Of a DNA stretch of 64,000 nt, positions 12,576 through 25,095 are shown in pieces. Source of the DNA: Ministeria vibrans ATCC 50519. Lineage: Eukaryota > Protista > Filasterea. The position numbers were made by a program, and so were the translations under genes. The first letter of the stretch is position 1. Each line of letters begins with the position of its first letter. The stretch is from the NCBI GenBank assembly GCA_943704425.1, contig CALSCP010002781.1, forward strand, positions 79,733-143,732, in the 5' to 3' direction. The notes below the pieces were generated by a model, which ran no database searches, was not told the origin of the DNA, and saw nothing but the letters and a program-made list of their open reading frames with translations.

Positions 12576-15500
12576 AGCATAAGCACGGTATATATCGTTC
12601 CTTTGCCCTTACGGGGTTGATGGTGGAATCTTGGAAGAACTGATTGTTGTTGTAGGTGGCTAGCGTGACAATGTTGCAGGTGGCGGCAGCGTCGGTACCA
12701 TTGAGAATTGAGCCCATATTGGACGGGTAGGTGAAGGAGAAGCCGTCGGAGGAGGTCGAGAGGTTGCTCATGACGCTGCTGTCACGAGAGAGAGCGTTCA
12801 TTTTGAGGTAGGTACCCGAGAGAGAAGCGTTTTTTCCACAGGCACCACTGCCGACAAGTGCCGTAGCGAGTGTCACGGCAGCCGCCGCGGGTTTGCGCGA
12901 CGTGCTCAGTGATTTACTGGCAGCATTGACGTTTGAGCTGAGCGCCGGATCGAGGATGTTGTTGAGAACGGAAAAGAGATTGTTGAGAGCAGCCGCATCC
13001 GTGCCGGCAATGCTAGTGTCAAGAATATCAAAAAGAATCTCGACAGCCTCCTTGACATCCGATTCTTGGAGTTCGGGTGTGCCCGTCAGCTCGGTAAGCG
13101 ACACAGCACTCTCGGCAGCGTTCACAATGGTCTTTGGCGTCGCACGCAGCGACGTGAGTTGGGGACCGACACAATCAAGGTTGCCGCTCACGACGATTCG
13201 ACTGCGGTACGAGAGTCCGATGCGTGAAATGATGGGCGCCACTGCGGTTGCGTCCAGCATGCACAACTTTGAGTTGCCCTTGACAAGTGCGCTTCCCTTG
13301 GAGACGTGCTGAAGCGAGGCGAGAGACGCAAAATCCAGCAGCTCCGCATTGTTCTCAATCACAATGGCGTAATAGGTTGTGTCGAGAGCATGACCCGAAA
13401 TGTTTGTCAGCGACGCAAAGCCAGTGATGTTTGTGAGCGCGCCGTTCGAGCTCACCTTGAAGTAGTCCTCGATGGTGGTCACCTTGGGAAATCCATCGAG
13501 CAGAATCAAATCGGCATTGTTCTCAATGACAAGCGAGCCGCTCAGCTTAGTGAGGTGTTCAAGGCCCACAAGCGACGCCAGACCTGCTGCATTGTCAATC
13601 TTGAGAGAGCCCAACGTCTGAAGTGACGCAAAAGGCGACAAATCAGTCAGGCCCGACACCGAGTCGACGGAGAGCGCACCAAGCGAGGTCAGCACACCAA
13701 AGACGCGTGTGAGCTCGGCAGGGTCCACAGTGAACGACGTGAGCTCGAGCGCGCCCAACATGCTCACACAATAGTCGTCAGGGAGCGTTGCAAGGAACGC
13801 AGCCGAAGAAAGCGACATGCCATCGCACGTGGTGAGGGTCACAAACACAGTCGAGGTGGTGAAAGCGGCGTCAGCCAGGCCAGTTGTTTGTGCCACACCA
13901 CCAGTCGTTTGTGTGACAGTGGTAACAACGGTCGTCGGTGTGGCTGACGAGGGGCGTGTCAGGGTGAATTGCATGCCGGACGCAAGCGTATGTTGAGCAA
14001 CGGGATTTTGAAAGTCGCCGCTCAGCAAGTAGCGGGCACACGTTGACTCAACGGGTTCGTGCCTGGCCCAGACGAGCGTGTCGGTAGACGGCGAAAACAT
14101 CATTTGTCCAAGCGACACAAAATTGTGTGCGAGAAGGGAGGAGGTGGCGGGGTTGGGGTTGGTGAAGGTTATATCAATGCTGACCGCCGTGTCAATGGTC
14201 CAAGTGTGTGACTCACACGACATGGCCACGTCGGCATACACCATCGCGCTCAGCTGCGTATCATAGGAATAAATGTAGCCATGGAGGTCGAGTGAACCCC
14301 CGTCAATGTGCGTGAACGACAGACTCAGGGGCTGTGATGCGTCATTGACGCCATTCACGACAGCATAGCCGGCGTAGGTGTTGCCAATGAGCACACTGGG
14401 ACATCCCTGTGAGGTGACGGCCGCGTCACAATCGCAGTTGGCACCGCTGTAGCCAGTCGGGCACGAACATAACTGCTCGCCGGTGAAGTCACGCGAACAC
14501 GAGCCGCCATTTTGGCACGGATTAGACGTGCAGTACTGCTCGAGGTTGCAGAAGATCCCTTCAAATCCAGATGGACATAGGCATGCGAACCCAAAACCAT
14601 TGCCTCGATCGATGGGGGTACATGAGCCACCATTGGCACACATGTTGCTGCTACAGCTACACTCACCGAGGTAGTCATCATCCGCAGACGTAGTCATAGT
14701 CTGGCCCTGAAAATTATAGAAGGTAAAGGCAGAACTCATTTGATTGACGCCACTAATGCAGGCGTCCGCGTTGTCAAGAGTGGCCATGGTTGGCGTTGTG
14801 TTGGCGTCGACGGTGGTGCTGGAGTCAATGGCGAGTGTACCATGGACCGTCAGAGCACCGTTCAGAGTGATTTCGCGGGGGCTAAAAATGTCGTCGCTGT
14901 CCGATGTGCCCCGCAAGACCACAACGCTGTCGGAGCCTTCGATTTCAAATGCATGTGAAATGGTCTCCGCCTGAATGTGAATGGTCGAGAGGGACGCTGA
15001 AAAGATGGCCTGCACAGTGAGCGAGAGAACATCGGGCGCAACACGAAGAAAGCTTCCTTGCGCGAGGCGAAGTACGTTAGGGATGCTAATTTCTTCGCCA
15101 CGCAGCGACCGGGCGCCCGAGAAGGTTGCGCCTGTGTGCGACTCAAGTGTGGTTAGGGTCGGTGCCCAGGTGCCGTCGTTGGAGAGGGACGTCCCGTTGA
15201 AGTCAAAGGAGTCGACGTCGTCGCTGATAATGGCGCCCTGAACATTGACAAAGGTACTGTTGCATGAGACGCTGGCCACCTCAAGGATTCCACGATTGGT
15301 ACACGAGAGAACGTTGCATACAAGCGATCCGTCGCCCTCGACAGTACCATTGAAGTTGGCGGTGCCCGTTCCGTTGTACGACAGTGTCATTCCCTCGTTG
15401 ACGACGAGCGTGGTGGATGCGGTGACGCCAACGGACACTTGGCTCGCAATGTCGCCGACAACGAGTCCTTGTGACGCAGTCTGCGTGCCAATGTACATGG

Positions 15501-18500
15501 TCACCATGCCGCCACCCGAGGCATCATCTGTCCCAAAGAACACGCGTCCCGAGCCGGAAAAGTGCGATGGAGTGCCGCTCACCTTTGAGCCGTTGGTGCC
15601 CAAAGAGAGGATATGCGAATTGAGCAGCGTAATGTGGTTGACCATGTCGATGGTGGCAGTTGCAATGGACACGTCCGAGTTGAGCGCCATGTTGCCAAGA
15701 ATAGCGTGGCTGTGGGCGGGCAAGGCACAGCCCGAGTCGAAAAGAAGTTCAAGTGCGGACGCGTTGGAATTCACCTCGAAAGTGTCGACGAACAGGACAC
15801 CGCTGCACTGGAACATGTGGCCACGCATCACTAGTTTGGTGGCATTGACCGTGCCCAGTGTGCCAATGTTGAAGTCTGAAAGTTCCGTAAGATCAAGAGA
15901 GGCTCCCTCGGCCGTGAGCTGACCCGCGACGGAAGCGGTCGTGACGTGCAGGTTTGACGTGTAATCGCTATGGGTCACGGTGCCACCCCACGCAATGTCC
16001 ACATTAAGCAGCTCCAATGTTCCATGAGGTACACTGAGTGTGCCCATGACAGAAAACTTGCCGGCCGTTGAAAACTTGATGGTATCCAAGCCAGACAATG
16101 CAATGAGTGTCACGCCCGATGACAAAAGAACCGACCCGTCCGTCGTGTCAGCTGAGCTGACCGAGAAAACAGAATCGCTCACAGTGTCTCCCATGTGGAT
16201 CTCCTGGCCACTCGCGTCACCAAAATTAACACCACCTACACACGGTACAAGTGAATTATTTTATTGACGTTTTAAATAGAATAAAATAAATAATCAATGT
16301 CAATTGCTTTGCGATGATTTTTGGGATGTCAATAACTTTTGAATGATTTTTGGATGACAATATTTTTTGAATGATTTTTGGATACCGGTGGAAACAGTGA
16401 GATGACCGGTGAGGAGGAGAACGTTGCTGCTGGCACCGGGGACAAGTGATAAAACAGAGTTTGGGAGTGAAAAAGAGCAGCCTGGCGTGAAATGAACCGA
16501 GGAGACATTTAAAATGAGCGAAGAGGCAAAGTAGAAGCTGGAATCGTCAAAGGTGAGCGCGGCATTTCCGGGAAAGTCAGCAAAGACACGCACGGACAAA
16601 GATTGCGTATCACTCAGCGATGAGACAAAGACAGTCGACATGGACCAGGTGCCGGTGTTGACAGTGTCCCCAAAGAGCTGGACGTCGTCCATCACAGCAT
16701 TACCATAGTTTGCAAAGGAGCCATTGACAACTGTGTACGAGTTTGACGCATTGAATAAGCCATAGTTGGAGGTGAAGCCATGGAGCGACAATTTCGTCGT
16801 GTCCAGGACGTCCACCACGCCATTGTTGACGAGACTCCCAAAGGTCACCTTGGCGCAGCCAGTGCACGTAAAGGTACCGTTCACCGTGACCTGGCTATCG
16901 ACAGCGTCCTGACCAAAGATCAACTCGGGAGCGTTGTTGATGGCGTCTGATTCGGCATGCACGGTGGCCGTTTCGCCCACAACAAATTTCGTGTTGTTCA
17001 TGGAACTGATCGTGAAGTCAAAGGTGAGGTCAAACAGTGAGGATGCGGCAAAATTCGGGGTGCCCAAGGGACCGCCCAGAACGAGAGAGCCACCGCCATC
17101 GAGCAGATCAATAGAGCCCAACAGCAAGAAGTGAACGTCACTAAAGTCCGCTGTGACATGCGAGATGGTCATGCTGACGTCCGGGGCCAGCGAGAGCGAG
17201 CCTGAAAAGAAAATGTCGTCGTTGCTAAAAATGACACTCGATATGACGTGAAGTGGACCAGTGATGGTGAGGAGCACGTAGTGAGACCAAGGAGCGCTGT
17301 TGGCGGCCATGTTGGGCAGGGACACGTTGAGAGCGAGGGCATTGTTGCCTTGGTGCACCTGTACCTCGGTAGTGTTGAGCGCCCCTGGCTGGTTCCCGAG
17401 ATCAACATACGTGCCGGCGAGGTGTGTGAGACCCAGGCAGTCAATCTTAGCCGTCTTCTCGAGGACGATGTTGTCGAATTCACAGGTAGGTAATACGTCG
17501 TTCTCGCCGACGATGGCGTGTCCAGCCAAGGTACCATTTTCGCGGACCACGAGGCGGCCAACGTTGACAGTGCTGCCGGCGTTTGTGCTCAGGCTGTCGA
17601 CATCCAGCAGCTCGTTCTCACGATCGAGAACACCGCTGCACTTGAAGATGCCAGGGTAGCGAATGTCACCGGAGCCCAACACAATACCAGCGAGGGGAGT
17701 AGCGACGGTCACGAGCGAGGAGATCTCCACGACCACATCCGAGGCGCTCTCCACGTCGAACGTGTCGACGTGTAGTACCTCGTTGGACGCACCCAAGCCT
17801 AGATAGATGACGCGGGTGGAGTCGGAGGTAGAGCTGATCTTGGCAGGGGCGACAGTGTGAATAAGAGGCGCTGTGCCCAAGGCACTCCCCACGATGACAA
17901 TGTCATCGTTCAAAAAGAGTGTTCCCGACCCCAAGTTGAACGTGAGCGACGCGAGATTGGTGAGAGAGAAACCAGTGGCAAAGACTGGCGATGAATCGAC
18001 ACCATCTCCAATGACCACGTTCACAAGACTACCATAGGAGAGGGGCGAGGACGAGAGGGTGCGCGATGCACTTCCTACAATATGAAGGGCAAATGTCTCG
18101 GCGTTCGTCAAGAAGTTGAGGTTGAATGCGCCCGTGACATGCAATGATATCTGCCAAACAAAAAGAGAACAAGTGGGTGAGAGAGGAAGGAAAGGCTCTG
18201 CTTGTTTTGTACGTCGTACGCGTTTCATTTCGTATGAGATGTCGGGCGATGAGTCGACTGTGTCCGTATTGACAACGGCGGTGTTTCCGTCGGTATCGAG
18301 GCCTCCGCCAGAGGCAAAAAAGAGACCTTGAACGGTCAATTCCTGTGATTTGGTGAGAAACAGTGTCACAGATAAGGAAAAACTATTTTTGACGTGTTGC
18401 GGTCAGCGACTCAACTTGACTGAGTGGTCGAGAGGAGATGGCGGGAGGGTCAAAAGGGACGCGGGGTAGTACACAAGCAGTGGGTTGGTGTGTAGGGGGA

Positions 18501-19103
18501 GAGAGTGCGTGTGTGTGCGTGTGTACACATCGAATCGACGATGCGTTTGGCTGTTTTTAGAAAAGACAGTGAAACGGTACGAATCGCAGACAACGACGTT
18601 CAAATGGATGCGTCGGGGGTGTTTAAAGAGGCAGTGGCAAGAGGCAGGGCGTGAATGAAAGCAGAGAACACGCGAGGAGACGGCGAGAGAAAAGGGCGAC
18701 TCTTGCGAATTTGTTAAGACAGACATTACCTGAATCACGATCATGGTGTGGTGGAGAACCACACAGTGGTCAGAGCTAGGGACACCTCCAGGATTCCAAC
18801 GGATGGGATCGTCCCAGAGGCCAGACTGGGTGGAAACGAAGTCTGGAGAACGAGATTTAAACAAGCGAAGAGTTTTTTCGTGGCCAAAATTGTTTGGAAG
18901 TTGAGACAGCGACGCGAAAATGCCACAAAAAGGGAAGGGGAGAGGGGAGAGAGAGTTGATGAAAGACACGGGTAAAGGGAAGCCGGTGAGGGCGGGATCG
19001 GGTCGGGGAGAGCAGGAGCTGTACCGGCTTGGCCGATGCTGTCGCATGTTCCCAGGGCAACTGCAATGTGCGCCGCCACCAGAGCGAGTGCCGCGAGCAG
19101 CAT
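10553..19103 (-). CDS. Giant adhesion-family GPCR: signal peptide, long beta-rich ectodomain, EGF repeats, Thr-rich linker, receptor-L-like domain, GAIN/GPS, 7TM
   Basis: Signal peptide MLLAALALVAAHIAVA; EGF repeats (CSSNMCANGGSC...CLCPSGFEGIFC; CTSNPCQNGGSC...CSCPTGYSGANC); GPS CLFWDF...WSANGC...CVCTHQ|TNFAVLF; family-B 7TM motifs (LSYVGSGLS, LHYWLL, LLGLSWLFG, NAFQGVFIF). Confidence 0.9.
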
Positions 19104-19426
19104 GTCGATTGATCCAAATCTCGCGAGCGAGAAAATAAGACGTAACGAGGTACACGATAAAATTAATTATAATTATAAATTTTTTTTGAAACATCTGACG
19201 AGATAATTGTACTTTCAAGTTTCAAAAAAGTGAGTCAATCAGAGTCATTTTTGTGTTTTTTAACGGACGATCGGGGGACGGAGGGGGTTGTTGACTTACT
19301 TGTTGACGTGAGTTGTTGTTGTTGTGATACTTGTGTACCACATTAATTGCTATGTCTTTATTTATTTCCTCAATCATCCTGGTGGAGTGGTTTGTATATA
19401 CAATATTACATACTCGTCATACAAAT

Positions 19427-20500
19427 TCAATCATCGGTGTCATTAACATAGTATAGCATTTGCGAACCAATTTGATCTGGAATCTCGCCAAATATTGTGG
19501 GCCAAAGATACTCCATTGCGCGCGAACTGTATGGTGTCTGGAGTGGATCGAGAGACAGCAACCAGTCGAGAATTCGTTGGTAGTCGTCGAGTGAGTGCTT
19601 TCGAATGCGATCACGAGACACCGCAAACTGGGCACAACATGCACCACGTAGTAGTGGTGGGGGTGCAATGAATCCGATCATGCGTTCAAAGACTCGTTGC
19701 CAAGTGTGATGCAAGAGGGTCAGAGTGCGCTCGCGCACCTCATCGACATGCGTACGGTGCGCGTCGGCGTCGGCGTCGGCTACGTCAACATCTGACTTGT
19801 GCTTTTCAAGGACAGTCGATACCGTCTGTTGACAAGCAATGGAGAGCCGGTTGCTTTCATAGCAAAAATTCAACGAATGATAGAAGTTGAGTCGCTGCGC
19901 TTCTTCACCCTGTCCCGGCAGACTGTATCGTTGCAAGACCTCTGCCATGGGCCAGTAAAAAAGAGAAGGGTTCTCAACCAAGACAGCACCGTCGTGCCAC
20001 GAGCCAGGTCCATGTCCATGGAGGAACATCACAATGTTGGGGAGTGTGTCAAAGTTGTCAATTCTATGTAATACAATGTCAGAATGAGGATGAAATTAAA
20101 CTTATTAAAGTCGAAACGTCAACGGGTTCTTTTTCGTCCAATATCTCACATACATGTATGTCAGAAAAACAGGCGCCTCTTGCCCCACGTTGGGCAGTAC
20201 ATACGGTGGGTGGTTTGGATCGCGCGAGTACACTGTAACAGACGCCTTTCCTTCGCTCACACCTGGCAATGTCGCTGTCCACGCGACATCCTCATCGTGT
20301 CGAGCAATCACATACATAACGTCTGTGTCGCACACGAGCGCCTGCGTCGCGTGACTAGACGAATCAAGTATACTCGACGGTCTGAATGTGACGCAAATTG
20401 ACAATATTGACAGGCCCGCTAGTAATATCACAGCACATGCGAGTGGTTTAGAATTAGCCCGTTGTAGCTGTCCCACTCGACGCAAACGCACAAGTTGCAT
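19427..20500 (-). CDS. DUF3431 family protein with N-terminal signal anchor (one intron ~20153-20064)
   Basis: VIARHDEDVAW, PNVGQEAPVFLTYIIDNFDTLP, MFLHGH...WH, CCAQFAVSRDRIR, MEYLWPTIFG motifs. Confidence 0.85.
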
Positions 20501-20701
20501 CTGCACATGCGCACTTAATTGAATGAAGCAAACAACAAAATATTACAAAAGTGAATTTATTTTTATAATTAATTTTAATAATAATAGTAATAATAATAAT
20601 GATAATAATTATTAGTATTATTAGAAAAATATTACAGTCTACAATGCTTCCGCCATAGGCTGACCACCCAAAAATACAAACAAAAATAATACAAATGATT
20701 T

Positions 20702-23700
20702 TTACACAATAAACGATGCGACGGGAAGAAGCTCGTTGGAAGCCACACAGGCACGCACCCAGTTGCCGCTAACAAGAAAAACGGAAGGTGAGACACACGA
20801 GCGCAGCATCAAGACACGAGTGAGGTTGTCGGGATCACACACTATGTGTGTCAGACGTGGTGCACTGGGTGAGTCCACAAGTTCCGCGCTGCGTGACTGG
20901 AGCGCCAGCCGAACTACATACAGCGACGATGACGACGACGTTGTGTCCACCATGGTGCTTTCAGGCAGGTCCACGTACACCACACATCGACGGAAAAGCA
21001 CAAGTGCAGCCAACGGACCCGCTGCTTGAGCCAGATCATCTTCGAGCATGCACACAACTTCGCGATTTGTCTCCGTCGCAACAACACTCACTAAGAGCAT
21101 AATAATAATTATTGTTATTATTATTAGCACTTCATCTGATCTTACGGTCAAGCGGTGACGACACGGACATTTCAAGCATTTTGTCGTGGTATTTGAATGG
21201 GATCGGGGGACGCATGGCGGCGACGCGCTTGTGAACCTCGTCGACAGTTGTGTCGATGGTGTACGAGTCAAAGAAGCAGTCAAAGCGATCGCGCAAGGTG
21301 AAAAGGAGACGATCGGACAGACAAACGAGATGTCGCAGTGGGTTGCAATCGTGCAGAGCAATGAGGCAACGGGCCGCAACGCAGTCTTCGACCCAGTTGG
21401 GGTGCCACACCACGGAGACGACGCCTTTGCCAATGGCATCCAGCCCTTTAGCGTCCACTTGGACGGCCACAACGTGTGTCGTGCTCTTGAGCATGTTGGG
21501 CGCAGAATGACCGCCATGTTGCTTGATAAGTTGATGCAATGAAACCATGTTGGGAACGACAAAGACGACGCAGTCATGAAAAATGCCGCTCTCTTGCTCG
21601 ACACCACGCATGTCTGGAAGCATTCGATACGACTCCACACTAACCCCTCGGCGCTTGCGCGGCCGATTCTCCCGACGCTTGTCGAGCATACTCGACTCGG
21701 CACTCACCAGATCACCACCAAAGCTCCCACTGCTACCAACGGTGACAAGCAACTTGCCATCTCGCGTCGCATCCAGCGCTTGCAACTCATGCAGTGTCAT
21801 GGCGCCACGCCAGTCTTTGTCGTGCCGTTCGCGGAACCGCTGAATCCGCGGAAACCGCAATGTGTACTTGGCCATATTACTTGGGCGTCGTCCGCGCCAT
21901 GGAAAGTCCACGGCTCCGTCACGCACAATTTCAGCAGCGCGCACCGTCAAAACAACTGAGAGGCAGAATGAAAAAGAATCAGTTGAGTCACAGAACCGGA
22001 TGAACCATGCCTCACCTGAGTGTTCGGGTCGATCAACATACACATTCGGCTGAAGTGGGTAGACAATCAATAAATAAACATAATAGTAATAATAAATAAA
22101 TAAATACAGAATCAAGAGCTGTAAGAATAATAGTAATAATAATAAGAATAAGAATAAGAATAAGAATAAGAATAATAAGAATAAGAATAAGAATAGTAAT
22201 AATAATATAATTATTATTATTAATTATTATATTTTTATTATAATTGTGCAATCTTACGTAGAGAACTGAATTGTTGAGCTCGATCCAGTCGGGGCACTTT
22301 TCGACACAGTGTGGTTTTAAAAGTTCACTCAGGATAGCAGATTCAGCCTCGGACAGCCCAACTCTCACCTAGACAAACAATCTGGCTGAGTCCCAAATTT
22401 ACAATAAATGAATGCAAACCTCGCAAAGGGCGACAAATCGGGTGTGGTCGCCCGTGAGAGCCAGGCCACACATGAAGTGAGTGAGCACACCGGAGAGTGC
22501 CTTGCGACCACCAGTGTGGTAGTTTCCCCCAATAATGAGTAGGTCAAGATCCGTTGCAATGCCATTCACATACTCAGGCTTCACCTTGAACCAGCCCGAC
22601 TTGTCGCGGACATTGGGCTGATACACGCCGGCCGGCGCCTTCACCATTATGCCCTCTTGCGACGAGTCAATCACCTGGTTCAGATTTTGCGAAATGTCCT
22701 TTTCGCTGCGTGCACGCACCAGCTTGCTCAAGTGCACACGGCGCCCAGACGCCTCGCATTCAACTTCGTCAACGTTGGCTTCGCTCTCTCGCACCTCCAA
22801 AAATACACTCTCCTCCAACAGACGACGTCGTTCGTCCAATGTCTCACCCATGACGTCGCGCCCATTGTAAAATAGCATGTCAAAGACAAACAGCCGTTGT
22901 GACATCGCACTATCCCGATTCTCAACAATCTCTTCGCCTTCCTCCTCCACAATGATTGGTGTCGTCCGCTCACATTGAGCACTCTGCCCCATCTCGGTAC
23001 TCCCATTCTCATTCGCACTATAGCTGCTGCTGCGCCGACGCTTCCGTTGCAAGCTGGCGTGACGTACGACGCCGGTCATGTTGGGCGCACCCACAAGTTC
23101 ACAATCAGCCACGACGGACTCCACAGAGTCACGCAGCGACTCCACAAAAGCCGTCGCCAGACCATCGTCAAGATCCCACTCGACACCGCCGCGTGTGTAG
23201 CATACCATGTTTGCATCGCTATCCCAATGAACTTGCAATCGCATTCCGTCGTACTTGGTTTCGAGGAAAAATTCACGCGTTTCCGAGTGTGCACACACCT
23301 TGACCATCTTTGAAAAGGACACATTCTTGCACGCCTGTCCAAGCATAGGGGGCACAAACGCAAACAACGACATGGGACTTGGCACATAGCGCGATTCGAG
23401 AAAAGGCAATGCAATACAGACAGGCTGGAGAGCACTGTGGGCATTGTAGACGGTCACCGCTTGATGGTGGTAGGCGCGCAGAATCGTGTCGTCGCGCGTG
23501 TTGATGACCAAGTCTTTCAAGATGACGCGCAGAAGCCACTCGAGCTCGAGTGCCGAGGCCACTTTGGCGATGTCCTTCATGACGTTGACATGCGCCCCAT
23601 GACACGCCATGTATCCGTACTTCGCAAAGGCGCTGGAGAAGCGATCAAGCAACAGGTTTGCGTCGGCGACCGTCATCGTCGACGTCTCTCGACACAGAGG

Positions 23701-24093
23701 ACCAAAAATGCTTCGCGCCACAGCGCCAAAGTCGCCTGCAAAGCCAGGATGGAGGTTGGGGTCGTTGAAGCGCTGGAGGAGCGGCACAGTCGATCCGTGC
23801 GACAGACCAAAGGCCGTTGTCAACAAGCGCGGCAGAGAGGCAGTCGTCAGCCCGTAATTACGGCGACCGCTCATAAGCTCCTTGTGCGGCAACAGCAACC
23901 GAAGCAGCGGGTACGGCGTCTCCACCCCGTCCCGGCGCATTTCTCGTCGGTACAATGCGAAAAGCGAGCGCAACAGAGCAGATCGTCGCCGTGCTGCACC
24001 CTTGCCATGCACCTTCTTCAGCCGGTCAAGTACATGGCACACCTCAACAAAGAGAAGGCGCTCGTCGACGGGTTTCCTCCTTCCCGTGTCCAT
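20702..24093 (-). CDS. LIG4: DNA ligase IV (NHEJ), multi-exon, with C-terminal tandem BRCT-like domains
   Basis: Adenylation motif ETKYDGMRLQVH, VFDML, EGIMVK, WFKVKPEY, DLDLLIIGG and LRFPR; N-terminal DNA-binding domain (LRLLLP, AGDF, ELEWLLRVILKDL); two BRCT-like C-terminal segments. Confidence 0.92.
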
Positions 24094-24281
24094 AAGGAAG
24101 GGAGTTAAAAAGAAATGAAAATGAAAATCCCGCAAATTTCTGTCTGATCAACATTCATCTGTTTCATCAACACTAACTTCTGAATCTCTTCGTGAGTTTG
24201 TTGCGCTTGGTGACCTGTTGCATTGCATTGAGGCTGCATAACCCGTGTGCTATAGAGTGCCAGCGTCGCAGGGGAGCAGTC

Positions 24282-25052
24282 ATGACGTCGCAGCATGTTG
24301 TCCATCTTCGAGGTGTCAACATCCCGTTTCCCTTCCAGCCGTACAAGTGCCAGAGTGCCTACATGGAAAAGGTTCTTATGGCTCTGCAAGAGGTACTCAT
24401 TTTGCATTTTCGTCGTCTCTTGCGCGTTTGTTTCAGAGATATGTTTCACACAAAGTTGCTTTGTGCATCGGTAGGGAAAGAACGCGCTGCTCGAGAGCCC
24501 CACCGGCACGGGCAAGACACTGTGTCTGCTGTGTGCTGCGTTGGCGTGGCGCGAACATGCGATGCAGCAAAGGCACGTCCACCAGCAGCCGATGCAGTCC
24601 AAAGAACAGCTCAAGCGCGCACAAGAAGACCACTGGGGTGCCACTGCCGCCACTGCCGCCGCCACATCCATCGCCGGTGAGCCGCCCGGTCCCGCCAGGA
24701 TCATTTACGCCTCGCGCACCCACACGCAACTGTCGCAGGCGGTGAAGGAGCTCAAGGAGAAGACGGTATGGCAGATCCTTGATCGTCTCTTTGTCTCATT
24801 ATTATGTCTGTTTATCCATCTTCTTCCCCTCCCTCAGACGTTCAAGCCACGCGTTAGCATAATTGGTTCTCGTGATCAAATGTGCGTCCACGACGACATT
24901 TTAAGGTGACTCCTATTCTCCGATGCACTATAATACCCAGCTCATTCTTCTTTTCCTTTCCCCCTCACCTTTTCCTTTCCCCTTTAGACTTGATTCGTCG
25001 CGCGCCAAGGTACAAGCGTGTCGTGCCAAAGTCAACGGTACTACACTCACTT

Positions 25053-25095
<43 letters not shown>

